Below the pieces are notes generated by a model, which did not search any database, was not told the DNA's origin, and was given only the letters and a program-made list of their open reading frames with translations. Shown here one piece after another: positions 7,909 through 16,372 of a stretch of 34,179 bases of DNA. This DNA is from Planctomycetota bacterium (GTDB lineage Bacteria > Planctomycetota > UBA1135 > GCA-002686595): positions 1 through 34,179 of the forward strand of contig JADHNZ010000034.1 of NCBI GenBank assembly GCA_016779225.1. The letters are read 5' to 3'. Made by a program: the position numbers and the translations under genes. Position 1 is the stretch's first letter, and each line of letters begins with the position of its first letter.

Positions 7909-8310
7909 CTACCCGAGGGACCCGGCTTCCTCATCCCCCAGGGTGCGGATGCCCCCCCGAGAGACGGCGTAGAGCAGGCACGCGGGGTTCGCAGGGCCCG
8001 CAGGGGCGCCCGGATCCCCCAGGGCCACGGGCGCATGGCGGGTCCCCGGCTCATAGCGCAGATACTCGCCGGCACGATGCTCGCCCAGGTGGTCCCGATA
8101 GCCGCCCGCAAGGATGAGGACCTCCTCCGGGCCCAGGTGCTCGTGGGCGGGGTAGCCGCAGCCCGGCTCCATGCGGATGAGGACGGCCCCTCCGGCCCGC
8201 TCACCCCGGCCCTCGCTTGCCAGGAGGCACCACTGCACCCCGGGGGTCTTGGTGTCCCGCCAGGCCACGCCAGCACCGTCCACATCCAGCCTGAGCCCGG
8301 TCGCCGCCAT
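7909..8310 (-). CDS. Cupin-domain protein (ChrR C-terminal-like cupin)
   Basis: It has a cupin metal-site-like segment (GYPAHEHLGPEEVLILAGG...YLRYEPGTRHAP). It lies 9 nt upstream of CDO on the same strand, so the two are probably an operon. Confidence 0.55.
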   Translation of the reverse strand: MAATGLRLDVDGAGVAWRDTKTPGVQWCLLASEGRGERAGGAVLIRMEPGCGYPAHEHLGPEEVLILAGGYRDHLGEHRAGEYLRYEPGTRHAPVALGDPGAPAGPANPACLLYAVSRGGIRTLGDEEAGSLG

Positions 8311-8472
8311 GTCCCGACCTTAGCGCGAACGGGGCGGCTTCCCAGGAGTGGGAAGCCTCAGAAAGAACGGGCATGACCGGTCAATCAGAGCTTGCCCACT
8401 CGTAACTCTGTCCCTTGGGCATCGCACCCGGCGCCGCAGGCGTTCCCGGGAGCCTGGCGAAGTCCCACTCTC

Positions 8473-8500
8473 TCCCCGGGGGCCGCTGCAGGGGCAGCGG
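8473..8500 (-). terminator. 12-bp-stem GC hairpin (GGGGGCCGCTGC aggg GCAGCGGCCCCC); possible terminator downstream of the ppx operon
   Basis: A perfect inverted repeat is read from the sequence. There is no T-tract, which is common in GC-rich genomes. Confidence 0.3.
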
Positions 8501-8537
8501 CCCCCACCCTCTCCGGGCCGGCCGGTCCGCTGCAGGG

Positions 8538-8650
8538 CCCAGCCAGCGGCTTGAGGGAGGCCCAGCCAGCGGCTCGAGGGAGACTCAGCCAGCGGCTTGA
8601 GGGAGACTCAGCCAGCGGCTTGAGGGAGTTCCAGCCAACGGCTTGAGCCG
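8538..8650. repeat. Tandem direct repeat, 23-bp unit (AGCCAGCGGCTTGAGGGAGACTC), about 5 copies
   Basis: Copies begin at about 8541, 8564, 8587, 8610 and 8633, with point variants. The period is not a multiple of 3. The array is intergenic between the ppx stop and the cupin start. Confidence 0.85.
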
Positions 8651-8653
8651 GCT

Positions 8654-9571
8654 TCAGCGCCTCTCGCCGCGCAGCGCATCCAGCAGAGCCGCATGGCGCA
8701 GGCCACGGGTCGAGACCGCAGCCTCCCGGACGCCAATCGACCCCAAGGCCTCGGCCAGGCACACGAGCCCGGACGGGAGGGTGCCCGCTCGCTCGGCCTC
8801 GATGGGGAAGCGTGCAGCCCGCTCAGCCTCGTCGAGTGCAGCCAGCTCCCTCGCCCACTGCAACAGCTGTCCGGCCTCGACGCGCGCCGCCTCGGCAGCC
8901 TCCACGCGAAATGCTGCTGCGCCTCGCTGGGTCAGGCTGCCCGCGTTCACAGCGGTGCCCCCCACCAGGACCACGGCGCCGTGCGGAGGGACCGGCGGCA
9001 CCTCGGCAAGTGCCTGCTGAATGCGTGCACGAGCCTCGGCCCGCTGGGCCTCCAGGTCCCACCCCTTGAGGCGCGCCTGCTCCGCCAGCCAGCTTGCTCC
9101 CACCGGGGCGGAGCAGGCCCAGGCGCCGCCGTCGGTCACGAGCTCGGTGCTCCCGCCGCCCGTGTCGATCACGAGGCCAGAGGGGCTGCCGCCACAGGCC
9201 CCTGCGTGGGCGAGGCGCGCCTCCTCCTCACCGGAGACCACGCGCAGGGGCACTCCCAGGCGCCGTGCCAGCTCCGCCGCCACCTGCTCGCCGTTCTTCG
9301 CGCGGCGGAACACCGCCGTCCCGACGACCTCGACCAGCGGGCAGCCTGCGGCCTCAGCCAGGCCACGCAGCTCGACGAGAGCGGCGGCGGCCCGCTCGAG
9401 CGGTGCCGTCCCGAGCGCGCCGGTCGCGGCCAGCCCCTCACCGAGGCGCGGAAGCCGCGCGTCCTGCACCAGCACCTCGAGCTCTCCGGTTGCGTCGAGG
9501 CGCCCCCCGAGCAGCACCGCGGACTGGGTGCCGAGATCGATCACGGCGCGCGCTTGCGAAGGGCCGCTCAT
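8654..9571 (-). CDS. ppx: Ppx/GppA family phosphatase (exopolyphosphatase / guanosine pentaphosphate phosphohydrolase)
   Basis: Ppx/GppA motifs are present (AVIDLGTQSAVLL, VVGTAVFRRAKNG, LVIDTGGGSTEL). The start is placed at the internal ATG at 9569-9571 (MSGPSQARAVIDLG). That ATG overlaps the upstream gene's stop as ATGA. The listed ORF start at 9676 would add a low-complexity N-terminus. Confidence 0.75.
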   Translation of the reverse strand: MSGPSQARAVIDLGTQSAVLLGGRLDATGELEVLVQDARLPRLGEGLAATGALGTAPLERAAAALVELRGLAEAAGCPLVEVVGTAVFRRAKNGEQVAAELARRLGVPLRVVSGEEEARLAHAGACGGSPSGLVIDTGGGSTELVTDGGAWACSAPVGASWLAEQARLKGWDLEAQRAEARARIQQALAEVPPVPPHGAVVLVGGTAVNAGSLTQRGAAAFRVEAAEAARVEAGQLLQWARELAALDEAERAARFPIEAERAGTLPSGLVCLAEALGSIGVREAAVSTRGLRHAALLDALRGERR

Positions 9572-12009
9572 GATCCCTGCGGCTCCAGGCGCACGACGCG
9601 CTCCTGACGCCGCCCCGTGGGCACCAGACGCTCCTGGTGCCGCTTGCAACCCGGCGCCTCCACGACGAGCCGCCACGCGCAGCGGGGCACCTCCCCTTGG
9701 AATGCGCCGCGCTCCTCACGGGACCGATCGAGCCGCACGCCCTGGCCCCAGGTCGAGCCGCCCTCCTCCGGCGGAACGAGCAGCAGGCGCGCGCTGGCAC
9801 GCACCCCTTCGGGAACGCCCTCCACGCGCACGATGAGGGTCGTGGTGCGCCGCAGCTCGAAGCGCCCCAGGTCCAGCGCACCGTTGGAGGGCAGGTCCAC
9901 GGGCTCGAGCCGCACGAGCTCGACCCCGTCCCCGCGCAGGGCCAGCTGCAGGTTGCCGGGAACGACCTCGCGCACCTCGAAGAAGCTGCCGTCGGTGTGG
10001 AGCACGCCGCCCTGCGCACCGAGGACCTCGAGCCCGGGGACGGGGGCCCCCGAGCCGAGCAGCACGACCTGACCCCGCAGGGTGCCGGGCTCAGGAGGAA
10101 GCTCACGCGCCGCGCGCAGGATCACTGGCCCTGCGCCTGGCGCAACCTCCGCCTCCTCGACGGAGCGCCAGCCGCGCTCGCGCACCGCGACCGTCAGGGG
10201 CTCGAGCTCGCCTCCCCGGGAGCCTGGGTGCGCGAAGGAGAAGCGTCCGTTCGCGTCCGTCGAGGCGCCGCCCCGAGGCCCTCTGCGCCGGTCGTCCGCA
10301 CCCGGGCGCTCGGCGTGGACATAGACGCCGGGCACCGCGGCACCGAAGGGGTCCAGCACCAGCCCCTCGATGCGCGGCTCCGGCTCGAGGACCAGCACCA
10401 CCGCGTCCTCCTCCGTCTCGAGGCGCGCGAAGTTGCTGTCGAAGCCGTGCAGCTCGGCCCAGACCCACTGGTGCACGCGCTCGAGCGAGCGGAGCGCGGC
10501 GGTCCCGTCGGGGCCGGTCCTCGCGGCCTCCCCCTCGAGGCGCGTGCGCTGGCCCCGACCCGTGCGAGGCAGACGGCCACCCAGCCGCACGAGGGCTCCC
10601 TCGAGGGGCAGCCCCTCGGGGTCGGTCACGGTCACGCGCAGAGCCCGCTCGGCCGCGACGCGCAGCTCGAGGTCATCGCGCCTCTGCCCCTCACCGACCT
10701 GAGTGGTCTCGGTGGCAACGATCGCACCGTCCAAGCGCACGAGGACGGCGAGCGGCCGGTTCGCGGCCACCGTCCCGAGGTCGAACCGCCCCCCGCCGTC
10801 GGTAGTCGCGCGCTGCACGAGGCCCGGCCAGCCGTCACGCTCCTCGCGCGCATCGAGCCCCGCGCCCTCGAAGTGATCGGCGGACACGACGGCGACCTCC
10901 AGGCCGGGCACCCCGGCGCCCTCCGCGTCGAGGACCACGCCGCCGAGACGCGCCGGGGGCGCGACGATGATGAGCTGCTCGTCTTCCGCACCGGGCTCGA
11001 GGGTCGCCTCCAGCTGATAGGGCTGCCCCCAGGGCGTCGCCACCTCGACGCGGTAGGCCCCGCGGGCGAGGCCGGCGACCACCACCCGGCCGTCGGGGCC
11101 CGTCACGCCGCGGCGGGCGGCCAGGGCCTCGAGGCTGCGGCGTACGGAGTCGTGGGAGGGAATGACCGTGACCTCGACGCCCTCCACCGGCTCGCGCGTC
11201 CGCTTGAGCACCGCGCGTCCGCGCCAGGCCGCACGCTCGGGGAGCAGCACCTCGGCCAGCGCCTCGCCCCCGGGATCCAGGCGCAGCTCGGGCACGACCA
11301 CGAACGGCGCATCCTCCGACAGCAGCGCGAGGGACCAGACTCCGGGCTCGAGCACGAGCTCCAGGGGCTCGAGCGGACCGTCCCCCAGCGGCTCGAGCCG
11401 GTCAGGCTCACCCGAGGCGCGCTCGGAGCGTCCCTCCCACAGGGCAAGGGCAGCACCCTGAACAGGCTGGGCACTGCCGGGGCCCAGGAACACCACGCGC
11501 AGGGTGGCGGTGGGCTCGAGGACCAGCTGCAGGGGCTGCTCGAGCAGGCCCGGCTCGGGGTAGTGCCCGGTGGCGAAGCCCTCGGCCGCGGCGGCCAGGG
11601 TGTAGGTTCCGCCCGCGGGGACCTCGATTCGGAACGCGCCGGCCGCACCCGCCGTCGTCCCCGCGAGCCCCAGCTCCTCAGGCAGGACCAGGATGCGCGC
11701 GCCGGGGAGGCCGGTCCTCAGGCGGCCGTCGAGCACGACGCCCTCCAGCGTGCGGAGCTCGCCCGCGTACGGCCGGGGGGGGACGCCGGCGAGCGCAGGG
11801 TCCACGGCGTCGAGGCGTGCGCCCGTGGCCGGCCCCTCCGAATCGGGTTCGTCCAGGGAGCGACCCAGCTCGCTCGCCGGATGGGCATCGCCCTCGGCGG
11901 CCGCGTCCAGCCCGAGTGGCGCGCGGCTCCCAACCGCGGGGTCCTCGCCCAGCACGAGGAGCCCGGCGAGAGCCAGGCAGGAGGCAAGGGCGAACCAGAG
12001 GCGGCGCAT
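9568..12009 (-). CDS. Large secreted protein built from repeated carboxypeptidase-regulatory-like (prealbumin-fold) beta-sandwich domains
   Basis: It has a signal peptide (MRRLWFALASCLALAGLLVLG). It contains repeated G-x-V-x-D...G...P-x-A-x-V units (GVVLDGRLRTGLPGARILV; GGVVLDAEGAGVPGLEVAVV; GLVLDPFGAAVPGVYVHAE...DANGRFSF; GQVVLLGSGAPVPGLEVLG). Its stop overlaps the ppx start. Confidence 0.65.
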   Translation of the reverse strand: MRRLWFALASCLALAGLLVLGEDPAVGSRAPLGLDAAAEGDAHPASELGRSLDEPDSEGPATGARLDAVDPALAGVPPRPYAGELRTLEGVVLDGRLRTGLPGARILVLPEELGLAGTTAGAAGAFRIEVPAGGTYTLAAAAEGFATGHYPEPGLLEQPLQLVLEPTATLRVVFLGPGSAQPVQGAALALWEGRSERASGEPDRLEPLGDGPLEPLELVLEPGVWSLALLSEDAPFVVVPELRLDPGGEALAEVLLPERAAWRGRAVLKRTREPVEGVEVTVIPSHDSVRRSLEALAARRGVTGPDGRVVVAGLARGAYRVEVATPWGQPYQLEATLEPGAEDEQLIIVAPPARLGGVVLDAEGAGVPGLEVAVVSADHFEGAGLDAREERDGWPGLVQRATTDGGGRFDLGTVAANRPLAVLVRLDGAIVATETTQVGEGQRRDDLELRVAAERALRVTVTDPEGLPLEGALVRLGGRLPRTGRGQRTRLEGEAARTGPDGTAALRSLERVHQWVWAELHGFDSNFARLETEEDAVVLVLEPEPRIEGLVLDPFGAAVPGVYVHAERPGADDRRRGPRGGASTDANGRFSFAHPGSRGGELEPLTVAVRERGWRSVEEAEVAPGAGPVILRAARELPPEPGTLRGQVVLLGSGAPVPGLEVLGAQGGVLHTDGSFFEVREVVPGNLQLALRGDGVELVRLEPVDLPSNGALDLGRFELRRTTTLIVRVEGVPEGVRASARLLLVPPEEGGSTWGQGVRLDRSREERGAFQGEVPRCAWRLVVEAPGCKRHQERLVPTGRRQERVVRLEPQGS

Positions 12010-12054
12010 GGAACTCGAGGGGTGCGGGGTCCACCGTCGGGGACCCGACGCAGC

Positions 12055-12915
12055 CTACGCGCTCCCCGCCTCGCCGCGTGCAAACGCTCCGTAGCAGGTG
12101 CCCTCGAGGTTGAACACCTGCACGCGGCGACCATCCCGATCCAGCAGCACCACGCGGGTGTGCCGGTCGTCCTCACCCGGGACGCACACGAGGCCGGTCG
12201 GATACGCCACGCTGCCCTCGTCCTCACCGAACGCCGCCAGGCAGCCCTCGATGGCGCCCTCGCGGTCGAGGGCCAGGACGGCCCCGCGCTCGCCCTCCCA
12301 GGCCACGACAGGGCGGCCCCCCGGGGCGAGGGCGAAGGCGGAGGGGCGGGCGTCCCCCAGCTCGGGCAGGGGCACCGCGTAGTGGAAGTCCCCGCCGCGG
12401 AAGACCTGCAGGCGGCTGCGCCCGGCCTCGAGCACCCAGACCTCGTCCTCGACGAGCTCCACGCCGACCACATCCTCGAAGCGGCCCTCCGGGTCACCGA
12501 GGGGGCGCAGCGAGAGGGAGCGCCCGGTCGCCGGGCTGAGCAGCTGGACCGCGTGGCGGCGGCGTCCCGCCGAGGCCACCGCGACGACGAGCTCGTCATC
12601 GGTGCCGCGCACGGCAACTCCGCTGGGCCGGCCAAGGCTTCCGCGGGCGTCGGCCTGTCCGCCCGGCACCTGCGCAACCTGCTGGCCGAAGACGCTGAAG
12701 GTCCGCAGGCAGCGTCCCTCCCCGTCCGCGATCCAGAGGCGCCGGTCGGCGTCGACCGCAAGGCCACTCACGCTGGAGCGCCCGCGATCCTCGTCGCGGA
12801 ACGCGAGGGAGTCGTCCAGCGGGCGGCCGTCCAGGTCGAACACCATCACGCGCGCGGTCCGCGCGTGGGATCCGACGAACAGCACGCCGCTGCGCTCTGC
12901 GAGAGCTCCACTCAC
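12055..12915 (-). CDS. NHL-repeat / beta-propeller protein
   Basis: It has repeated blades with a hydrophobic-x-V/L-x-D...G...V-x-V motif (LWIADGEGRCLRTFSVFGQQV; GVAVRGTDDELVVAV; VWVLEAGRSRLQVF; VVLLDRDGRRVQVFNLEG). Confidence 0.55.
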   Translation of the reverse strand: MSGALAERSGVLFVGSHARTARVMVFDLDGRPLDDSLAFRDEDRGRSSVSGLAVDADRRLWIADGEGRCLRTFSVFGQQVAQVPGGQADARGSLGRPSGVAVRGTDDELVVAVASAGRRRHAVQLLSPATGRSLSLRPLGDPEGRFEDVVGVELVEDEVWVLEAGRSRLQVFRGGDFHYAVPLPELGDARPSAFALAPGGRPVVAWEGERGAVLALDREGAIEGCLAAFGEDEGSVAYPTGLVCVPGEDDRHTRVVLLDRDGRRVQVFNLEGTCYGAFARGEAGSA

Positions 12916-12925
12916 GCGGTCGAGT

Positions 12926-13810
12926 CTAGGGGGACGGGGGGGGCTCCCCCCCCGGCACCAGATCCAGCAGCACCACCTCCGCCGGCACGCGGCAGCGCAG
13001 CGGCACCCCCACCACGCCGAGCCCGCGGCTCACCACCAGGCGCGTGGGCCCGAGTTGCACGCGCGTCCCGGGGTGGCGCGGGCCCAGGTCCCGCAGCAAG
13101 GGCAGGTCGATCTGCCGCCCGTGCGTGTGACCCGAGAGGATCGCCACACATCCGGGCCGCGCAAGGGCGGGGCCCGCAGAGGGGTTGTGGCAGAGGCAGA
13201 CCTCGACCGCTCCGTCCGGGATGGGTGCGCGGGCCGCCTGGATGTCCACCAGGCGCCCCTCCTCCGGATCCTCGATCCCGCTCAGCCACAGGGGCAGGTC
13301 CCCGAGCCGAGCCGCGTCGTTGCGCAGGAAGGTCCAGCCCTCCGAGGACAGGGCCTGCACGAGGGCCTGCTCGCGACGCCCGCGATAGTCGTGGTTCCCG
13401 AACACCGCATAGGCCCCCAGGGGCGCGGCCCGCGCCAGGCGCGCGAGGGGCTGCCGCAGGGCCACTCCGGCCTCCACCTCGTGTGCGATGAAGTCGCCCG
13501 TCAGGGCCACCGCGTCGACGCCCTCCCCGAGCAGGCGGTCCACCACGGGCTCGAGACTACGCGCATTGAAGAGCCTGCCGGCGTGCAGGTCCGAGAGCTG
13601 GGCGATGCGGACGCGGGAGTGAGAGCCCAGCGCGCAGCCCACCGGCACGACCTCGCGGCGCAGGAGCAGCCGCCGCGCGGAGAGCCAGCGGCGGGCGTAC
13701 CAGGCGCGGCCGCCAAGCAGGGCCGCCGTGCCCTCGACCGCGTCGAACAGGGCGAGCCGCCCCTGCGAGTGGCGGCGGACCGGCTGGCGCACGGGTCGAG
13801 CGGGCGGCAT
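12926..13810 (-). CDS. Calcineurin-like metallophosphoesterase (YkuE-type)
   Basis: Metallophosphoesterase motifs are present (IAQLSDLHAG, VALTGDF, GNHDY, CLCHNP, LSGHTHGRQ). The start is set at the ATG at 13808-13810 (MPPARPV...). The longer listed ORF start at 13942 would read through the 24-bp tandem repeat and produce an artificial GTALRCPA repeat. Confidence 0.75.
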   Translation of the reverse strand: MPPARPVRQPVRRHSQGRLALFDAVEGTAALLGGRAWYARRWLSARRLLLRREVVPVGCALGSHSRVRIAQLSDLHAGRLFNARSLEPVVDRLLGEGVDAVALTGDFIAHEVEAGVALRQPLARLARAAPLGAYAVFGNHDYRGRREQALVQALSSEGWTFLRNDAARLGDLPLWLSGIEDPEEGRLVDIQAARAPIPDGAVEVCLCHNPSAGPALARPGCVAILSGHTHGRQIDLPLLRDLGPRHPGTRVQLGPTRLVVSRGLGVVGVPLRCRVPAEVVLLDLVPGGEPPPSP

Positions 13811-13817
13811 GGCAACA

Positions 13818-13937
13818 GCTTGGCACGGGAGCGCTGTACTTGCTTGGCACCGGAGTGCTGTGCCTGCTGGGCACCGGAGTGCTGTGCCTGCTGGGCACCG
13901 GAGTGCTGTGCCTGCTGGGCACCGGAGTGCTGTGCTC
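13818..13937. repeat. Tandem direct repeat, 24-bp unit (CTGGGCACCGGAGTGCTGTGCCTG), about 5 copies
   Basis: Copies begin at about 13818 (degenerate), 13842, 13866, 13890 and 13914. The array lies immediately upstream of the metallophosphoesterase start and downstream of the anti-sigma stop. Confidence 0.85.
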
Positions 13938-13959
13938 AGCACCCGCCGTGCCCAGAGCC

Positions 13960-14721
13960 TCAGAGCTCGAGGAGGACCTGGTCGCCAGGGGCGAGGGTGC
14001 GCTGCACAGTGGCGCTCTGCACGCGCGGCGCACCCTCGAGGGCCTCTGCGGAGAGGCCTCCGGTGACGAGCGCGATTCGCGCGCGATCCCCGGCCGCAAG
14101 GAGCACGAGGCCCGCGTCCGCGCGCACCCGAGCCGGGCCGCGCACCTCGAGGGTTCCCGCCTCGAGGGTGAGCGAGAGCTCGGGTCCCGCGTGGTGTACG
14201 AGGGACAGGGGATGCTCCCCCTCCGCCCTCGCTGCGCCCCGCTCCAGCACCAGTCGAGCGCCGGTCTCCGCGCGTATGGCGGACTCCTCGGACAGGCGCT
14301 GCTCGGTCCCAGGCTCGACGAGCCCCTGGGAGGTGACCGCCGTGCCGCCCTCGACGAGGAGTCGCGCTCCCGGACGCGTCGTGTCCTCGAGCGCGATGCG
14401 CAGGATGGCGAGGAGCCCAAGGGGCACGAGGATTCGCGCGAGCACGCCCGGACGCAGCCAGGGCCGCGGATCAGCCTTCCCCTGCAGGGCGCGCCGCTGG
14501 CGCACGGCGGTGCGGAGGGCGTCATGCTCCGCGGCCTCCGCGCGCCGCGCGCGAGCGCCGGCGGCCGCTGCGCCCACCGTCGACTCCAGGGCCTCGCGGC
14601 AGGAGGCGCAGGCGCGCAGGTGCTCGCTCAGCCGCTCGCGCTCCCCACCGGACAGCTCGCCGAGGGCACGACGGGCCAGCAGCGGCGCCGCGGCCGCGCA
14701 GTCGAGTTCGGGAGCCGTCAC
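13960..14721 (-). CDS. Putative zinc-finger (zf-HC2) anti-sigma factor with one transmembrane segment and a periplasmic C-terminal domain
   Basis: The N-terminal part has an H-x3-C-x2-C motif (LSEHLRACASC) about 40 aa in. A hydrophobic segment follows (VLARILVPLGLLAILRIAL), and then a roughly 130-aa C-terminal domain. Confidence 0.5.
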   Translation of the reverse strand: MTAPELDCAAAAPLLARRALGELSGGERERLSEHLRACASCREALESTVGAAAAGARARRAEAAEHDALRTAVRQRRALQGKADPRPWLRPGVLARILVPLGLLAILRIALEDTTRPGARLLVEGGTAVTSQGLVEPGTEQRLSEESAIRAETGARLVLERGAARAEGEHPLSLVHHAGPELSLTLEAGTLEVRGPARVRADAGLVLLAAGDRARIALVTGGLSAEALEGAPRVQSATVQRTLAPGDQVLLEL

Positions 14722-14769
14722 CCCCCCCTCATCGTCCGAAGACCAGCGTCCCTGGACCCGCGGGCAGGC

Positions 14770-16245
14770 TCAGTCGCTCGCGAGGACTCCCGCCGCCGCG
14801 CCCGTGATCCGCGCGAGGGCCTCCTCGCGGCCGAGGAGCGCGATGATCTCGAACAGGTCGGGCCCCCCGGGCTGCCCGGTGAGCGCGCAGCGCAGGGGCT
14901 GGAACAGGGCGCCCACCTTGATGCCCTCGTCGGCCAGCCAGGCCTTGGCCGCGGCAGCCTGATCCGGTGCGGCCTCCTCGACGGGCCGTCCCTCGAGCCA
15001 GGACGCGAACGCCGTGAGGTGCGCGACCCGGTCCGCGTTCTTGCACGCGCCCTTCAGGGCCTTCTCGTCGTACTCGAGGTCTGCCGCCCCCACGAAGTAG
15101 GGGCGCAGCCATGCGGGCGCGTCCCCGTAGAGGCTGAGCCGCTCCTGCACCGCCGCGCAGGCGCGCACGAACCAGTCCCAACGCGCCCCGAGGTCCTCCT
15201 CGCCGGCGAGGCCCGCCTCGAGGACGAAGGGGAGGCAGTTCTCGGCCAGCTCCGCGGGGCTCTCCTTCCGCAGGTACTCGCCGGCCAGCCACAGGAACTT
15301 GTCCGGGTCGAAGACGGCGCCCGCCTTGGAGACCGCGCCGGGCTCGAAGGCGGCCACGAGTTGCTCCAGGCTGAACACCTCCGTCTCGCCGTCGAGGGCC
15401 CATCCCTGGAGCGCCAGGAAGTTCTGGATCGCCGCGCGGGGGAACCCCTTCGCCCGGTAGTCGCCGAGGCTGGTGTCCCCACTGCGCTTGCTGAGCTTGC
15501 GCCGGTCCTTGCCAAGCAGGAGCGGGAGGTGCCCGAAGGCGGGCGCCTCCGCGCCGAGCGCCGCATAGAGCAGCAGCTGCTTGGGGGTGTTGACCAGGTG
15601 CTCCTCGCCGCGGAACACATGCGTGATCCCCATGGTGAGGTCGTCGCAGACCACCGTGAAGTTGTAGGTGGGCATGCCGCCCCCCCGGCGCACGAGGACC
15701 CAGTCGTCCACCTCGTCGTGCGGGATGGAGACCTCTCCGCGGATCAGGTCGGTGAACTCCGTGGCCCCGTCCGGGATGCGGAAGCGCACGGCGAAGGGCT
15801 CTCCCCCCTCGGCCCTCCGCGCGGCCTCTGCAGGGTCGAGGTCACGGTCGTCGCCGCGGTACGCCACGCGCTGCTTGCGCGCCTCCTGCTCGGCCCGCCA
15901 GGCCTCCTGCTGCTCGGGGGTGGAGAAGTCGCGGTACACGAGCCCCTGGGCAAAAAGGCGCTCGAGCACCTCGTCGTAGGAGGCGCGGCGCTGGCTCTGG
16001 AAGTAGGGCTCGTGGGGACCGCCCACATCGGGCCCCTCGTCCCAGTCGAGGCCCAGCCACTTCAAGCCCTCGAGGATCGCGTCGAGGGACTCCTGGGTGT
16101 TGCGCTCGGTGTCGGTGTCCTCGATCCGCAGGAGGAACTGACCCTTGCGCCCGCGCGCGAAGGCCCAGTTGAAGAGGGCCGTGCGGCACAAGCCGAGGTG
16201 GACGGAGCCGGTCGGGCTCGGGGCGATGCGGACGCGGACGGTCAC
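14770..16245 (-). CDS. gltX: Glutamyl-tRNA synthetase
   Basis: It has the class I HIGH region (APSPTGSVHLG) and KMSKS (KLSKR), plus RIEDTDTERN. The start is set at the GTG at 16245, just before VTVRVRIAPSPTG. The ATG at 16380 would add about 45 low-complexity residues and would overlap the divergent add start. Confidence 0.85.
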   Translation of the reverse strand: MTVRVRIAPSPTGSVHLGLCRTALFNWAFARGRKGQFLLRIEDTDTERNTQESLDAILEGLKWLGLDWDEGPDVGGPHEPYFQSQRRASYDEVLERLFAQGLVYRDFSTPEQQEAWRAEQEARKQRVAYRGDDRDLDPAEAARRAEGGEPFAVRFRIPDGATEFTDLIRGEVSIPHDEVDDWVLVRRGGGMPTYNFTVVCDDLTMGITHVFRGEEHLVNTPKQLLLYAALGAEAPAFGHLPLLLGKDRRKLSKRSGDTSLGDYRAKGFPRAAIQNFLALQGWALDGETEVFSLEQLVAAFEPGAVSKAGAVFDPDKFLWLAGEYLRKESPAELAENCLPFVLEAGLAGEEDLGARWDWFVRACAAVQERLSLYGDAPAWLRPYFVGAADLEYDEKALKGACKNADRVAHLTAFASWLEGRPVEEAAPDQAAAAKAWLADEGIKVGALFQPLRCALTGQPGGPDLFEIIALLGREEALARITGAAAGVLASD

Positions 16246-16372
16246 GGGAGGCGCGGGGGCTGGAGGGCGGGCGAGGGTCGCCGCGGCTGGGGCCGGGGGA
16301 CCCGAAGGGGGAAGAGGATAGGCACCGGGATCCCCCGCGCGGGTCCCCGCCCCGGGCTCTAAAGTCGAGGGC

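Noticed and set aside
9637-13491. Very long ORFs lying antisense to, or overlapping, confidently assigned genes. Examples are 9637..13491 +, 13840..16362 +, 15842..18136 -, 4927..7041 -, 23844..25850 - and 30417..34145 -.
   Set aside because: They are Arg/Pro/Gly/Ala-rich low-complexity translations, which are expected when stop codons are rare in very GC-rich DNA. Each overlaps a gene with clear family motifs on the other strand or frame.
13811-13942. N-terminal GTALRCPA x4 peptide repeat on the metallophosphoesterase (listed ORF 12926..13942)
   Set aside because: It is produced by reading through a 24-bp DNA tandem repeat. Codon third positions there are atypically A-rich. A proper ATG (13810) directly precedes the conserved domain.
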